IMG/VR virus record: IMGVR_UViG_3300023184_000030
Location: 96,001-160,000 of that record
Length of the DNA stretch: 64,000 bases
Reading direction: 5' to 3' (one strand)
From: a virus
The notes under the pieces were generated by a model. That model was not told the origin of the DNA. It did not search any database and saw only the letters and a program-made list of their open reading frames with translations. The stretch's first letter is position 1. The number at the start of each line of letters is the position of its first letter. Positions 47,507 to 55,743 of the stretch are shown one piece after another. The translations under genes were made by a program, and so were the position numbers.

Positions 47507-47674
47507 TTATTTAGAATCTTCTTTAGTTTCTTCCTCTTCTTGTTCTTCTTGCTCTTTACCAGTTGGTGCTTTACTTAATTTTCCTACCGAAGAATCTACA
47601 AACTCTTTTCCTGGTGAATTTTGATTGTCTGCCTTAGGAGCGAAATAGAAGTTACGACTTAGTTTTTTTTTAAA
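47507..47674 (-). other. Candidate -1 frameshift extension of the 839-aa ORF (slippery TTTAAAAAAAAAC)
   Basis: -1 frame reads KKLSRNFYFAPKADNQNSPGKEFVDSSVGKLSKAPTGKEQEEQEEEETKEDSK* with no start codon of its own. Confidence 0.6.
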
Positions 47675-50178
47675 TCGTCTGCTTCGTCTAGGTTGTATCC
47701 CATTTCGTCATTTACTTCGAAATCAATATCACCTTCTGCTCCAGGAGCTTCAGCTAGATTCATAAATTTATCCAATGAAGTTACATGCTTTGTTTCTTTA
47801 GCATTTTTACCTTTTTCCGGTGCATCAGCTAAATTAGCATCTACACCTTCTCTGATATTATATCCTATTTCTTTGTTCTTTCCGTCTGCGTCTTCGCCTT
47901 CAAAGTCAGTTTTATCTTTAGTCTCTGGTGCTTTATCATCTAAAAGATCTTCACCTTCAACTTTAGCTTTTTCTTTCTTGTTGTTACCTGGTGCCTTAGC
48001 CATTGCATCTGCTTTAGCTTTAGCCTCATTTACAGTTATATTGTAACCGTGCATGTGATCTAATTCCATTTCGATCTCTCCACCTTCACCTTTAGGTGCT
48101 TTGGTAAATCCGTGTCCGTCTGCAAATGTTTTCAATAAAGCTTTTTGCTCTTCTTCGCTTAGTGCAGATTTATTTAGGTTTCTTGAAATCTCATCAGATT
48201 CTTTAACGTCACCGCCTTCTTCTTCGCCTTTAGCATCGTTATCAGAATTTTTTTCTGCCGCTTGACTTAGTGCTTCTTCTAGATCAGAGATTTCATTAAC
48301 TAAGAAATCTGATGTTTTACCTGTGTCTAAAAGAATAGTGAATCTACCTGAAGATCCATCTACAGATATGATCTTTCCAGTTTCACCTGATTCTTTAACT
48401 TTAATATAATCACCAATGTTAAATTTCTCATCCTCAGATAGTGTTTCTACATCGGGAGTGCTTTCAACTTTACCTAGTTCTATATTGATCTGATTCCATT
48501 TTTCTCTCAATACTGAAAGTTCATTATTAAGTAGGGAATGTGCAGATTTCATTTCTTTTGAAGCAGCATATAATGGATTGTTTTCCATTAAGCTCTCAAC
48601 TTTATTGATTTGTTCTTCTACTCTAGAAATATTTTCTAATACTTTAGTTCTGTCATTAATCATGATAGACTTAAGTTTTTGCTCTCCGTCCAAAAATTCG
48701 GTTAATCCTTCAGAAATATCATATCTTAAGTAGTCCTTAACCATTTTAACAGCTTGAGATCCATTTACTTTATAAATTGAATTCTCTCTCATTCCCTCAT
48801 TAATCCTTTGAAGGTAGATTTCATTGTTCCATTTGATAAGGTTGATAGATACACCTTCGTAAATATTAGAAGTTATATTCTTAGCAAAATCTAATTCAAC
48901 GACATTAGAGAAGTTTACATAAAGATTAAGGATATCATTAACTACTTGAGATTCGTTAACAGCAAAATGAGATGCTGATTCTAATCCTAATACCTTACCT
49001 AATTCACCAACGCTTCTGAAGTTTAATTTTGATTTACCAAGATAAACAGATACGCTTTCATTTTCTTCTACTAAACTAACGTATTTCTTACCTAATTGAA
49101 TTAGAATACCATTTTCGTTAATTCTAACATAAGATCTAACTGATGCGTTTACCAATCCGATATAATCAGATGGAACTGAGCCAATTTCTTTAGTACTTAA
49201 TTTCCTGAAAGATTCACCCTGTGCTTCAAATAGGCTGTTACCTATTGCAAAGATAGTCTTATCACCTTCGATTAATATTGGTGAGTAAATTCTACCTACT
49301 TTTGATTCTCCCTGAGCATTAACAGGAATTTCTAATTTTCTAGAATCAGCTGCTTCGTTAACATTAAGATAATTGATTAAATTTCTAACAACTGGATTGA
49401 AAGACCATTTAGTAATTTCTTTAGATAATAGACCAGAAGATTTACCTTCAGAAATTAACCAGTTGTTTAATGACTCGCTAAGCTCAGAATAGAAGCTATA
49501 GTTTCCACTTTGCTTGATAGATTCTAAAACTTTAGATACTTCGATTTCTCTAGAGAATTTAGTAGATTTCTCTTTTAATCCCTCGATCAAAGGTAAAACA
49601 GTAACGTCCCATTTGAATGATTCTAATTCAGCAATAAAGTTATTAATTACTGCGAATTCAGGTACGTCTTTATTTGCGATGATATTTGCATATTGCTCGC
49701 AAACAATTTTAACCTTAGGGTATTCGTATATGGAAAGGCTTCTTAACTTGTTGATCGATTCTAAAACTCCTAGATTTTTTAATCCCTGAGCATCAACAAA
49801 AGATTTAGCACTATCGTCATGCGAAGCTAAATTGTTTAGGCTTTCCAATAATGAATTGCTAGTATCTTCTTTCTTTTCTTCCTTATCTAAATAGGAACCA
49901 GAATTATTTAAAGATGCGTTAGCTTTTAGTCCTTTCCAGGATTCCATTAAAGATGATGCTGCTTTTTTAGAAGCCTCCATCTGTTCGCTCTTTATTGATT
50001 CCCAATGATTTTTTAATTCTGGGGTTGCTTCTACATTTGAAGCTTGCTCGTTAAGAGCGGCAAGAACTTGGCTTTCGCTCATTTCCGATGATCCGTTAAG
50101 ATAGCTTTCGCATATCTGTCTAACATCTGGAGATTTTGTTAGTTCTTTCAATTTTTTAACTTGGTTTATAAAATCCAT
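47659..50178 (-). CDS. Large probable prohead core / internal head protein
   Basis: 839 aa; many (L/I/V)xE sites (ALNE, SLLE, VNEA, INEG); SH3/KOW-like FNIGDYIKVK; acidic tail; late motif at 50203-50210. Confidence 0.55.
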   Translation of the reverse strand: MDFINQVKKLKELTKSPDVRQICESYLNGSSEMSESQVLAALNEQASNVEATPELKNHWESIKSEQMEASKKAASSLMESWKGLKANASLNNSGSYLDKEEKKEDTSNSLLESLNNLASHDDSAKSFVDAQGLKNLGVLESINKLRSLSIYEYPKVKIVCEQYANIIANKDVPEFAVINNFIAELESFKWDVTVLPLIEGLKEKSTKFSREIEVSKVLESIKQSGNYSFYSELSESLNNWLISEGKSSGLLSKEITKWSFNPVVRNLINYLNVNEAADSRKLEIPVNAQGESKVGRIYSPILIEGDKTIFAIGNSLFEAQGESFRKLSTKEIGSVPSDYIGLVNASVRSYVRINENGILIQLGKKYVSLVEENESVSVYLGKSKLNFRSVGELGKVLGLESASHFAVNESQVVNDILNLYVNFSNVVELDFAKNITSNIYEGVSINLIKWNNEIYLQRINEGMRENSIYKVNGSQAVKMVKDYLRYDISEGLTEFLDGEQKLKSIMINDRTKVLENISRVEEQINKVESLMENNPLYAASKEMKSAHSLLNNELSVLREKWNQINIELGKVESTPDVETLSEDEKFNIGDYIKVKESGETGKIISVDGSSGRFTILLDTGKTSDFLVNEISDLEEALSQAAEKNSDNDAKGEEEGGDVKESDEISRNLNKSALSEEEQKALLKTFADGHGFTKAPKGEGGEIEMELDHMHGYNITVNEAKAKADAMAKAPGNNKKEKAKVEGEDLLDDKAPETKDKTDFEGEDADGKNKEIGYNIREGVDANLADAPEKGKNAKETKHVTSLDKFMNLAEAPGAEGDIDFEVNDEMGYNLDEADDLKKN

Positions 50179-50262
50179 GGTCTTTTGTTTTTTTAATCTT
50201 TTTATATATCCATGTTATGGATAGAAACTTTTTACTATATATTTAAACTATGTAGCATTTTA

Positions 50263-50748
50263 TCACTTACAGACTAAGATTTCTAATTTAATATCTATGT
50301 CAGCATGTGTATTACAGAAAACTATGCCTCCCAGATCCGAATATACCCCAGGCTTAGATAAAAGCCATCCTTCGTAAATTGAATCAGTAGCTGATATTCT
50401 TTTTCCAGAAAGCACCATTAATTCACCCATATAGTAGGTGTTTCCTAAATAAGTCCATTCTAGGTATTTTCTTGATTCTACTGTAGTTGAAGGAAATACA
50501 GCTTTTACCCCTATGAATGAAACATATCCGAGATCATCACCAATATCGGTTTGTTCCAGTAAAAAGCACTTTCCTGCTTTTAAAGTAACCCTACTTTTAC
50601 TAAAAGATACTGTTTCTTCTAAAAGATCCTTCATATCCAAGTAAATGGGTAGCTTCATGCTATTACCCTCATCTAACACAAGGCTTCCTCGATAAAATCT
50701 GAATCCCGTTCCTTCATCATACGGGCATGTTATTGGTTTAGTTGCCAT
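50263..50748 (-). CDS. Hypothetical beta-rich protein, paralog of 50753..51427
   Basis: KYLEWTYLGNTYYMGELMVLSG...GGIVFCN. Confidence 0.6.
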   Translation of the reverse strand: MATKPITCPYDEGTGFRFYRGSLVLDEGNSMKLPIYLDMKDLLEETVSFSKSRVTLKAGKCFLLEQTDIGDDLGYVSFIGVKAVFPSTTVESRKYLEWTYLGNTYYMGELMVLSGKRISATDSIYEGWLLSKPGVYSDLGGIVFCNTHADIDIKLEILVCK

Positions 50749-50752
50749 TTTA

Positions 50753-51427
50753 TTAGTTAGCTGTTATTATAGTCAATTTAACCGTCTTTGACGTTGGGTT
50801 AGTGAAGGAAAGCCCTCCGTTTCCTGTATTGGCTGGTCCGGTGTGACCATAGGTAGAGAATGGATCAAGATCCCAGCCTTTCCAGTGAAGATCTTTTTTT
50901 ATAGCTCCCGTTAGAACCATAAACTTGCCCATTATATTTCTTGTGTTTCCCTTATAATCCCAAAATAGAATTTTCTCGTCGGCTTTAGATTCTGGCAGAT
51001 AGTATGCTCTAGCTACTATCATTGATGCTTCGCCTAAAGTTCCTTCAAAAGAACCTGGGTCTATATTAACAGAGTTTAAAGGTCCTATTGTAAACGTTTG
51101 TTTTTGGAAATCTGAAAAATCTTGAAGTGGATGAAAAAAAGATGCAATGTCAAGATAATCTAGGGTAGCAGCTTTTTGGGTAACCACTAAGGATTCTTTT
51201 ATAAACCTAAGCTCTGGCTTTTCGTTGAATTCTCTAAATGTAGCTTCTATCCTGGGTAAAGAATCCCTATTAATTGCTATATTAGTATAGACAGTATCAA
51301 ATCCCCCGGTTGTTCCCGACATCGGATTAAGTGGATATCCTGCAGATCCTCCAGCTATTTGATCTCCGCCATCGGTAAGAGCCGATCCTCCGTCAAAGTT
51401 ATATGTTGATATGTCCTGATCTGCCAC
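50753..51427 (-). CDS. Hypothetical beta-rich protein, paralog of 50263..50748
   Basis: KILFWDYKGNTRNIMGKFMVLTG...GGLSFTN. Confidence 0.6.
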   Translation of the reverse strand: MADQDISTYNFDGGSALTDGGDQIAGGSAGYPLNPMSGTTGGFDTVYTNIAINRDSLPRIEATFREFNEKPELRFIKESLVVTQKAATLDYLDIASFFHPLQDFSDFQKQTFTIGPLNSVNIDPGSFEGTLGEASMIVARAYYLPESKADEKILFWDYKGNTRNIMGKFMVLTGAIKKDLHWKGWDLDPFSTYGHTGPANTGNGGLSFTNPTSKTVKLTIITAN

Positions 51428-51433
51428 CTTTAA

Positions 51434-52183
51434 TTAATTTATTTTTGTTGGGTCAATCTCAACCGATGTGTTATATCTTCCAATATTTAATGATTCTACA
51501 CTTTCACCAACTGGTTCGGCTAATGTTATAGGATCAACCTCAGTAACAGACTCAGATCCAACAATAGAATCTGATGCAATCTCGGAAGTATTATCATATG
51601 AATCTAATCCGCTAATGAACTCTATTTCTTGAGAATCCCCACCATCAACTACATCCTCTACCTTTTCATCTAGAGATTCAATTGAATCCTCGATCATCTC
51701 TATTTTTTCTTCTAAGGCCTCTATGGTTTTTTCGGGTGCTATTGAATCATCAGATGGTTTAATGTAGTCAACTAAAGATTTTATGAATCCTAATGCAACA
51801 ACAGGAAGTATTGCTCCACTAACAAGGGAAAGAACTCTTTTCTGATATATGAGATCCTCCTCAGTAAGCCCAAATAATTCGATCCAACCCTGGAAATTAT
51901 TCAAATGAGTGTATGCGTAATACGTGTTACCCATAGCTTGCATAAGGGTTAATATTAAAAAAAGACCCCAAACTATACCCTTGTTCATTTTATCTAAAGT
52001 AATAATAGAAGCAAGAGAAGCTGCAGCACCAACTTCGAAAGCCAATGCAAGACTTATAGCTAACCAATTAGGATTGGATAGCTTAAAGAAGTCTATTACG
52101 TGTATTGTCGAGATTACAGAAACAAGTAGGTACAGCGTAACAAATGTACCTATTATGAAATAGCTCGTTGTTTTCTTTCCCAT
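51434..52183 (-). CDS. Multi-pass membrane protein (about 4 TM) with acidic tail
   Basis: Four hydrophobic segments in the N-terminal 140 aa. Confidence 0.6.
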   Translation of the reverse strand: MGKKTTSYFIIGTFVTLYLLVSVISTIHVIDFFKLSNPNWLAISLALAFEVGAAASLASIITLDKMNKGIVWGLFLILTLMQAMGNTYYAYTHLNNFQGWIELFGLTEEDLIYQKRVLSLVSGAILPVVALGFIKSLVDYIKPSDDSIAPEKTIEALEEKIEMIEDSIESLDEKVEDVVDGGDSQEIEFISGLDSYDNTSEIASDSIVGSESVTEVDPITLAEPVGESVESLNIGRYNTSVEIDPTKIN

Positions 52184-52482
52184 TATTTAAAACTTTCAAG
52201 TTTTTTAATTTCAAGATCAATTTCAGATTGGCGATTAACGTCCATGATTTTTCTGTCCGTAGATTGAATCATTCTTTTTTCTACCTTTAATCCCTCGATC
52301 TCAATAATCTTATTAAGCTCGTTTTTAGTACAAAGCGAATCCATATAAGAGCTTTGTATCTTAGCATTTTTCTGTAGCTTATCTACGTCTCGATTAACTC
52401 CACATTGTCTCAATAGGATAATAAGGGTTAAGAATAGGGTGATAGCCCAAGAATAACTTTTAATTTTTTCTATCGTTTTCAT
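52183..52482 (-). CDS. Single-TM coiled-coil protein
   Basis: Likely start MKTIEK (52480-52482) after late motif 52505-52512; TM WAITLFLTLIILL. Confidence 0.55.
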   Translation of the reverse strand: MKTIEKIKSYSWAITLFLTLIILLRQCGVNRDVDKLQKNAKIQSSYMDSLCTKNELNKIIEIEGLKVEKRMIQSTDRKIMDVNRQSEIDLEIKKLESFK

Positions 52483-52528
52483 ATAGCTGTTTTTTATTTC
52501 TTTATATATATCTATACCGAAACACAAC

Positions 52529-52563
52529 AAAAAACCGATCCTTAAAAAAAGACCGGTTTTTTT
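52529..52563 (-). terminator. Probable terminator (imperfect stem)
   Basis: AAAAAACCGATC...GACCGGTTTTTT. Confidence 0.5.
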
Positions 52564-52583
52564 ATATAACGTGGTTTATTCTA

Positions 52584-53108
52584 TTATCCCAAAGAAACCC
52601 CTTGCATAGCAGCTCCTAATTGCTTTTCTAGATCTTTAATCTCAGCAACATCTTTCTTAGCATCGCTTAATGCCTGATCAAAAGGCTTATATAATTCGAT
52701 AAAGGTTTCAGCGCTTTTAAGTCCTTTACCTCTGCCTTTAGAGATAAAATAATGACTTGCTTCCAGCGGTAAAGCAGACATATAAATAACCTGATTCTTT
52801 ACTCCCTCTTTTTTAATCTTTTGAATTTGCTTACTTACTTCTTTAACACCCAAAGCTTCAGTAGAATTCCACTCAGCCTCATTTGCCATGAAATCTTCAT
52901 ATTTAGCTAAAAGCTCTTGGCTAAATGTTATTGCATAAACTTTAGTTTTGATCTCTTCCTTTCTAGATTGGATTTGGGATTCTAAAGACTCAACAAGATC
53001 CTTATCTATAGAAAGACCGCTCTCTTGGTTTAAAGTATCGAAATCGATAGATGAAGATGCTCCAGGCCCTTCCTGAACTCCTAATGTAGTTTCTTTTTGC
53101 TTTGCCAT
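52584..53108 (-). CDS. Hypothetical protein
   Basis: 174 aa; GAAAC-N16-CTAAAA at 53129-53155 upstream. Confidence 0.6.
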   Translation of the reverse strand: MAKQKETTLGVQEGPGASSSIDFDTLNQESGLSIDKDLVESLESQIQSRKEEIKTKVYAITFSQELLAKYEDFMANEAEWNSTEALGVKEVSKQIQKIKKEGVKNQVIYMSALPLEASHYFISKGRGKGLKSAETFIELYKPFDQALSDAKKDVAEIKDLEKQLGAAMQGVSLG

Positions 53109-53155
53109 ATTGTTTTTGTATTTATTTATTTTAGTTGTTTTTATGTAATTGTTTC

Positions 53156-53962
53156 TTAATCGATAGAAAAAATATCAAAATCTACTCTATTATCATTAAG
53201 GTATGCTCTAAGAGGCTCTCTCAAATCCTTTGTCCGATATACTTTCGCAGGTCCTTCCGGACCAATATGACAAAGGAATCCATCTTGAGTCTCTATGTTT
53301 GCTTCCTCCTCTAATATCAGTCTATATAGACTAATCTGGATGGAATATTCATTATGATTGTTTTCATAGAGGTGTGAGAAAGGTCTAAGTAATTTTTTAT
53401 ATCTACCCTTGGGATGCTCGTCATGCTTAAAATCCCCATTTGTCTTCCAATCCCCAATTAGTAAAAATGGCTTATCGTGTTCTTCTGACCAAAAAAGAAA
53501 TGGCTGATCTATAGTTCCAGCTAATCTCCATCTTCTAGAAAATATTTTTAGCTCCGACTTAAGTGGTAATAAAACACTTAGTCTTTTATCGTGGATCTCC
53601 ATGAACTTTTCAATTCTTTCCCTTAATATCTCATCATCGGGAATAATCGGGGCTTTACCACTCCAAAAGTCTTCTATCCATTTATGAACTCTAGTACCCA
53701 AGCTATTAGCTACATCAGCCTTACCCTGCCATTCATTAAGAACTACCGAAACATCAACACCTCTCTCGTCTGCCTTTCTTTTAGACCAATATTCTCTGTC
53801 AAAGGGAACTTTAAATGTTTTGAGAAATGTTGTTACCGAATCAAACTTTGAAGAGTTATATCGATATACGTGTGAAGGTTCATCAAATGTAAAACCCCTG
53901 TCATCGAATATTTCCAGCTTTCTTTCTATCTCTTTTTTAGCACCTATCAGTCTAGAATCCAT
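53156..53962 (-). CDS. PD-(D/E)XK exonuclease (Cas4/RecB-like family)
   Basis: SVTTFL, GTRVHKWIE, LAGTIDQ, IGDWKTN, YSIQISLY. Confidence 0.8.
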   Translation of the reverse strand: MDSRLIGAKKEIERKLEIFDDRGFTFDEPSHVYRYNSSKFDSVTTFLKTFKVPFDREYWSKRKADERGVDVSVVLNEWQGKADVANSLGTRVHKWIEDFWSGKAPIIPDDEILRERIEKFMEIHDKRLSVLLPLKSELKIFSRRWRLAGTIDQPFLFWSEEHDKPFLLIGDWKTNGDFKHDEHPKGRYKKLLRPFSHLYENNHNEYSIQISLYRLILEEEANIETQDGFLCHIGPEGPAKVYRTKDLREPLRAYLNDNRVDFDIFSID

Positions 53963-54407
53963 AAAACAAATTAATTATGTAACTTCTGTTTGATATAGCA
54001 AATGCTATTAAACAAATCTCTAGGATAAATCTAAATATCCATATCCAGCTCAATTCTCTAAAAACGTATTGGTAAACTACCAGATAAGACTCCTCGTTAG
54101 TTCCTTTAACAGGCTCTATCCATAGAGTTATTAATTCCTCTACGTTAATAGTCTTGAAGTATTCGTTTATAGGCTTTATCTCATTCATAACAAAAGAAGG
54201 TCTTGCTTCTTTTGGTAGATCTGCAGAAAATAAAACCTCGGGAGGTAGATTTACTACAGTATAGATTCTGCCGAACCAATCTATTCTCATTCCTTTTCTA
54301 GTCCAGATAGGTGAATCATTCAACTCTTTTTTTATGATCTTAAGATAATCCCGATATACTTTGATATCGTTATAAACTTTAAAAAATTTTAATATAGCTA
54401 GCCACAT
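53952..54407 (-). CDS. Hypothetical protein with C-terminal TM
   Basis: 151 aa; hydrophobic C-terminus. Confidence 0.55.
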   Translation of the reverse strand: MWLAILKFFKVYNDIKVYRDYLKIIKKELNDSPIWTRKGMRIDWFGRIYTVVNLPPEVLFSADLPKEARPSFVMNEIKPINEYFKTINVEELITLWIEPVKGTNEESYLVVYQYVFRELSWIWIFRFILEICLIAFAISNRSYIINLFYGF

Positions 54408-54441
54408 ATTTTTGCTTTATATTTTATATGGAGATTATGGA

Positions 54442-55074
54442 TTAATGTTTCCCGTCCATCTTTTTTTTGATCCTTCCCCTTGCTCTTCTTATCCGTGTAG
54501 CAATGGACCTTTTCTTAATCCCATACTTTTCTGCGATGTCCTTGTATTTCATACCGTTAATCTCCCTATCAATCATGATATCCCTATAGGTATCAGGTAG
54601 CGATCTGATTTCGTCCAAAACAGATTCATATACAGAGTCAATGGTATTTTCCTCGCTAAAGAAACCATATGCAGGATCATCCTCAATAGTATAAAATCCC
54701 CCTATATCACCTATTGTGTTTTTAGAAGAGAGATACTCCAAATCTCCATCCTCATGAGCTATTAATCTCTTTCTGGATTTTAGTAGTAATAGGGATTCGT
54801 TTCTTGCTATGTTATAACACCAAGTGGAAAAATTACCCCTCTCCATATCATATTGGTCTATCTTTAGCCATATCTTGGACATGGTATTAAGAAAAGCATC
54901 CTCTGCTAATTCCATGTCCTTTAGAATTAAAAAGCAATGGTTGGATACCCCAGGTTTAAGTCTGTTGAATAAATCACTAAATGACTTGTCTGTTTTCTTT
55001 AGAATGAAATCTTCTGCTAGCGTTTGAATGTTTGTCTCTTTAATCTCCTTTGTTTCTCTGGGTTCTTTTTGCAT
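54442..55074 (-). CDS. ECF-type (sigma-70 group 4) RNA polymerase sigma factor
   Basis: Region 2 AEDAFLNTMSKIWLKIDQYD..GNFSTWCYNIARN; region 4 LPDTYRDIMIDREINGMKYKDIAEKYGI..RSIATRIRRAR. Confidence 0.9.
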   Translation of the reverse strand: MQKEPRETKEIKETNIQTLAEDFILKKTDKSFSDLFNRLKPGVSNHCFLILKDMELAEDAFLNTMSKIWLKIDQYDMERGNFSTWCYNIARNESLLLLKSRKRLIAHEDGDLEYLSSKNTIGDIGGFYTIEDDPAYGFFSEENTIDSVYESVLDEIRSLPDTYRDIMIDREINGMKYKDIAEKYGIKKRSIATRIRRARGRIKKKMDGKH

Positions 55075-55076
55075 CT

Positions 55077-55679
55077 TTAAATTTGGTCAAATTGGTTAAT
55101 TTTATATAATTCTATCCCAGCCTCTATTAGAAATGGAAGTGAATCGGGTTTTCTATAAACTTCTGAAAAAACTACTCTTCTTATTCCTGATTGTATTATC
55201 AATTTAGAACATTCAAAACAGGGAGAAAGAGTTACATATATCGTAGATCCATCGGAACTTTGCGTACTCTTTGCAAGTTTTGTTATCGCATTTGCTTCCG
55301 CATGAAGAACATATGGTAATGTGACCATATCCTCGCTCTCACAAATATTAGGAAATCCTGTGGGTGATCCGTTGTATCCATCGGAGATTATTGACTTATC
55401 CTTTACCATTAAACATCCGACCTGCATTCTTTTACAGTGAGAATTTTTTCCCCATGTTTTAGCCATCTGTAAATAGATAAGATCGTTTTTCATTGCCTTT
55501 GTATTTTCACCATACAATGGGCTTTTTTGAATGGCATCGGAATGATCCCACGAGATGTCAAAGGTTTTTCCTATTTTTTTAACACTCCAATTATTTATGT
55601 TAAGAAAATTTGGATTGGAGAAATCAAAATCTCCCGAAACTATTTCTCTTCCTGAATGTGATAGGGTAGATAACTCCAT
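55077..55679 (-). CDS. dCMP deaminase with N-terminal extension
   Basis: SHCKRMQVGC, DGYNG, LHAEANAI, TLSPCFECSK. Confidence 0.9.
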   Translation of the reverse strand: MELSTLSHSGREIVSGDFDFSNPNFLNINNWSVKKIGKTFDISWDHSDAIQKSPLYGENTKAMKNDLIYLQMAKTWGKNSHCKRMQVGCLMVKDKSIISDGYNGSPTGFPNICESEDMVTLPYVLHAEANAITKLAKSTQSSDGSTIYVTLSPCFECSKLIIQSGIRRVVFSEVYRKPDSLPFLIEAGIELYKINQFDQI

Positions 55680-55695
55680 TAGTTTATAATTTCTA

Positions 55696-55717
55696 CAAAC
55701 ATAAGAAATAAGTACGA
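55696..55717 (-). promoter_or_regulatory. Bacteroidota-type promoter TCG-N11-TATGTTTG for the dCMP deaminase / ECF sigma operon
   Basis: Same architecture at four sites. Confidence 0.65.
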
Positions 55718-55743
55718 GGAAAAAAAATATTTTATGATATTTT

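Noticed and set aside
53156-53962. Cas4-like nuclease as evidence of a CRISPR-Cas system
   Set aside because: No array or other cas genes, and no Fe-S cysteine cluster; stand-alone PD-(D/E)XK nucleases are common in phages
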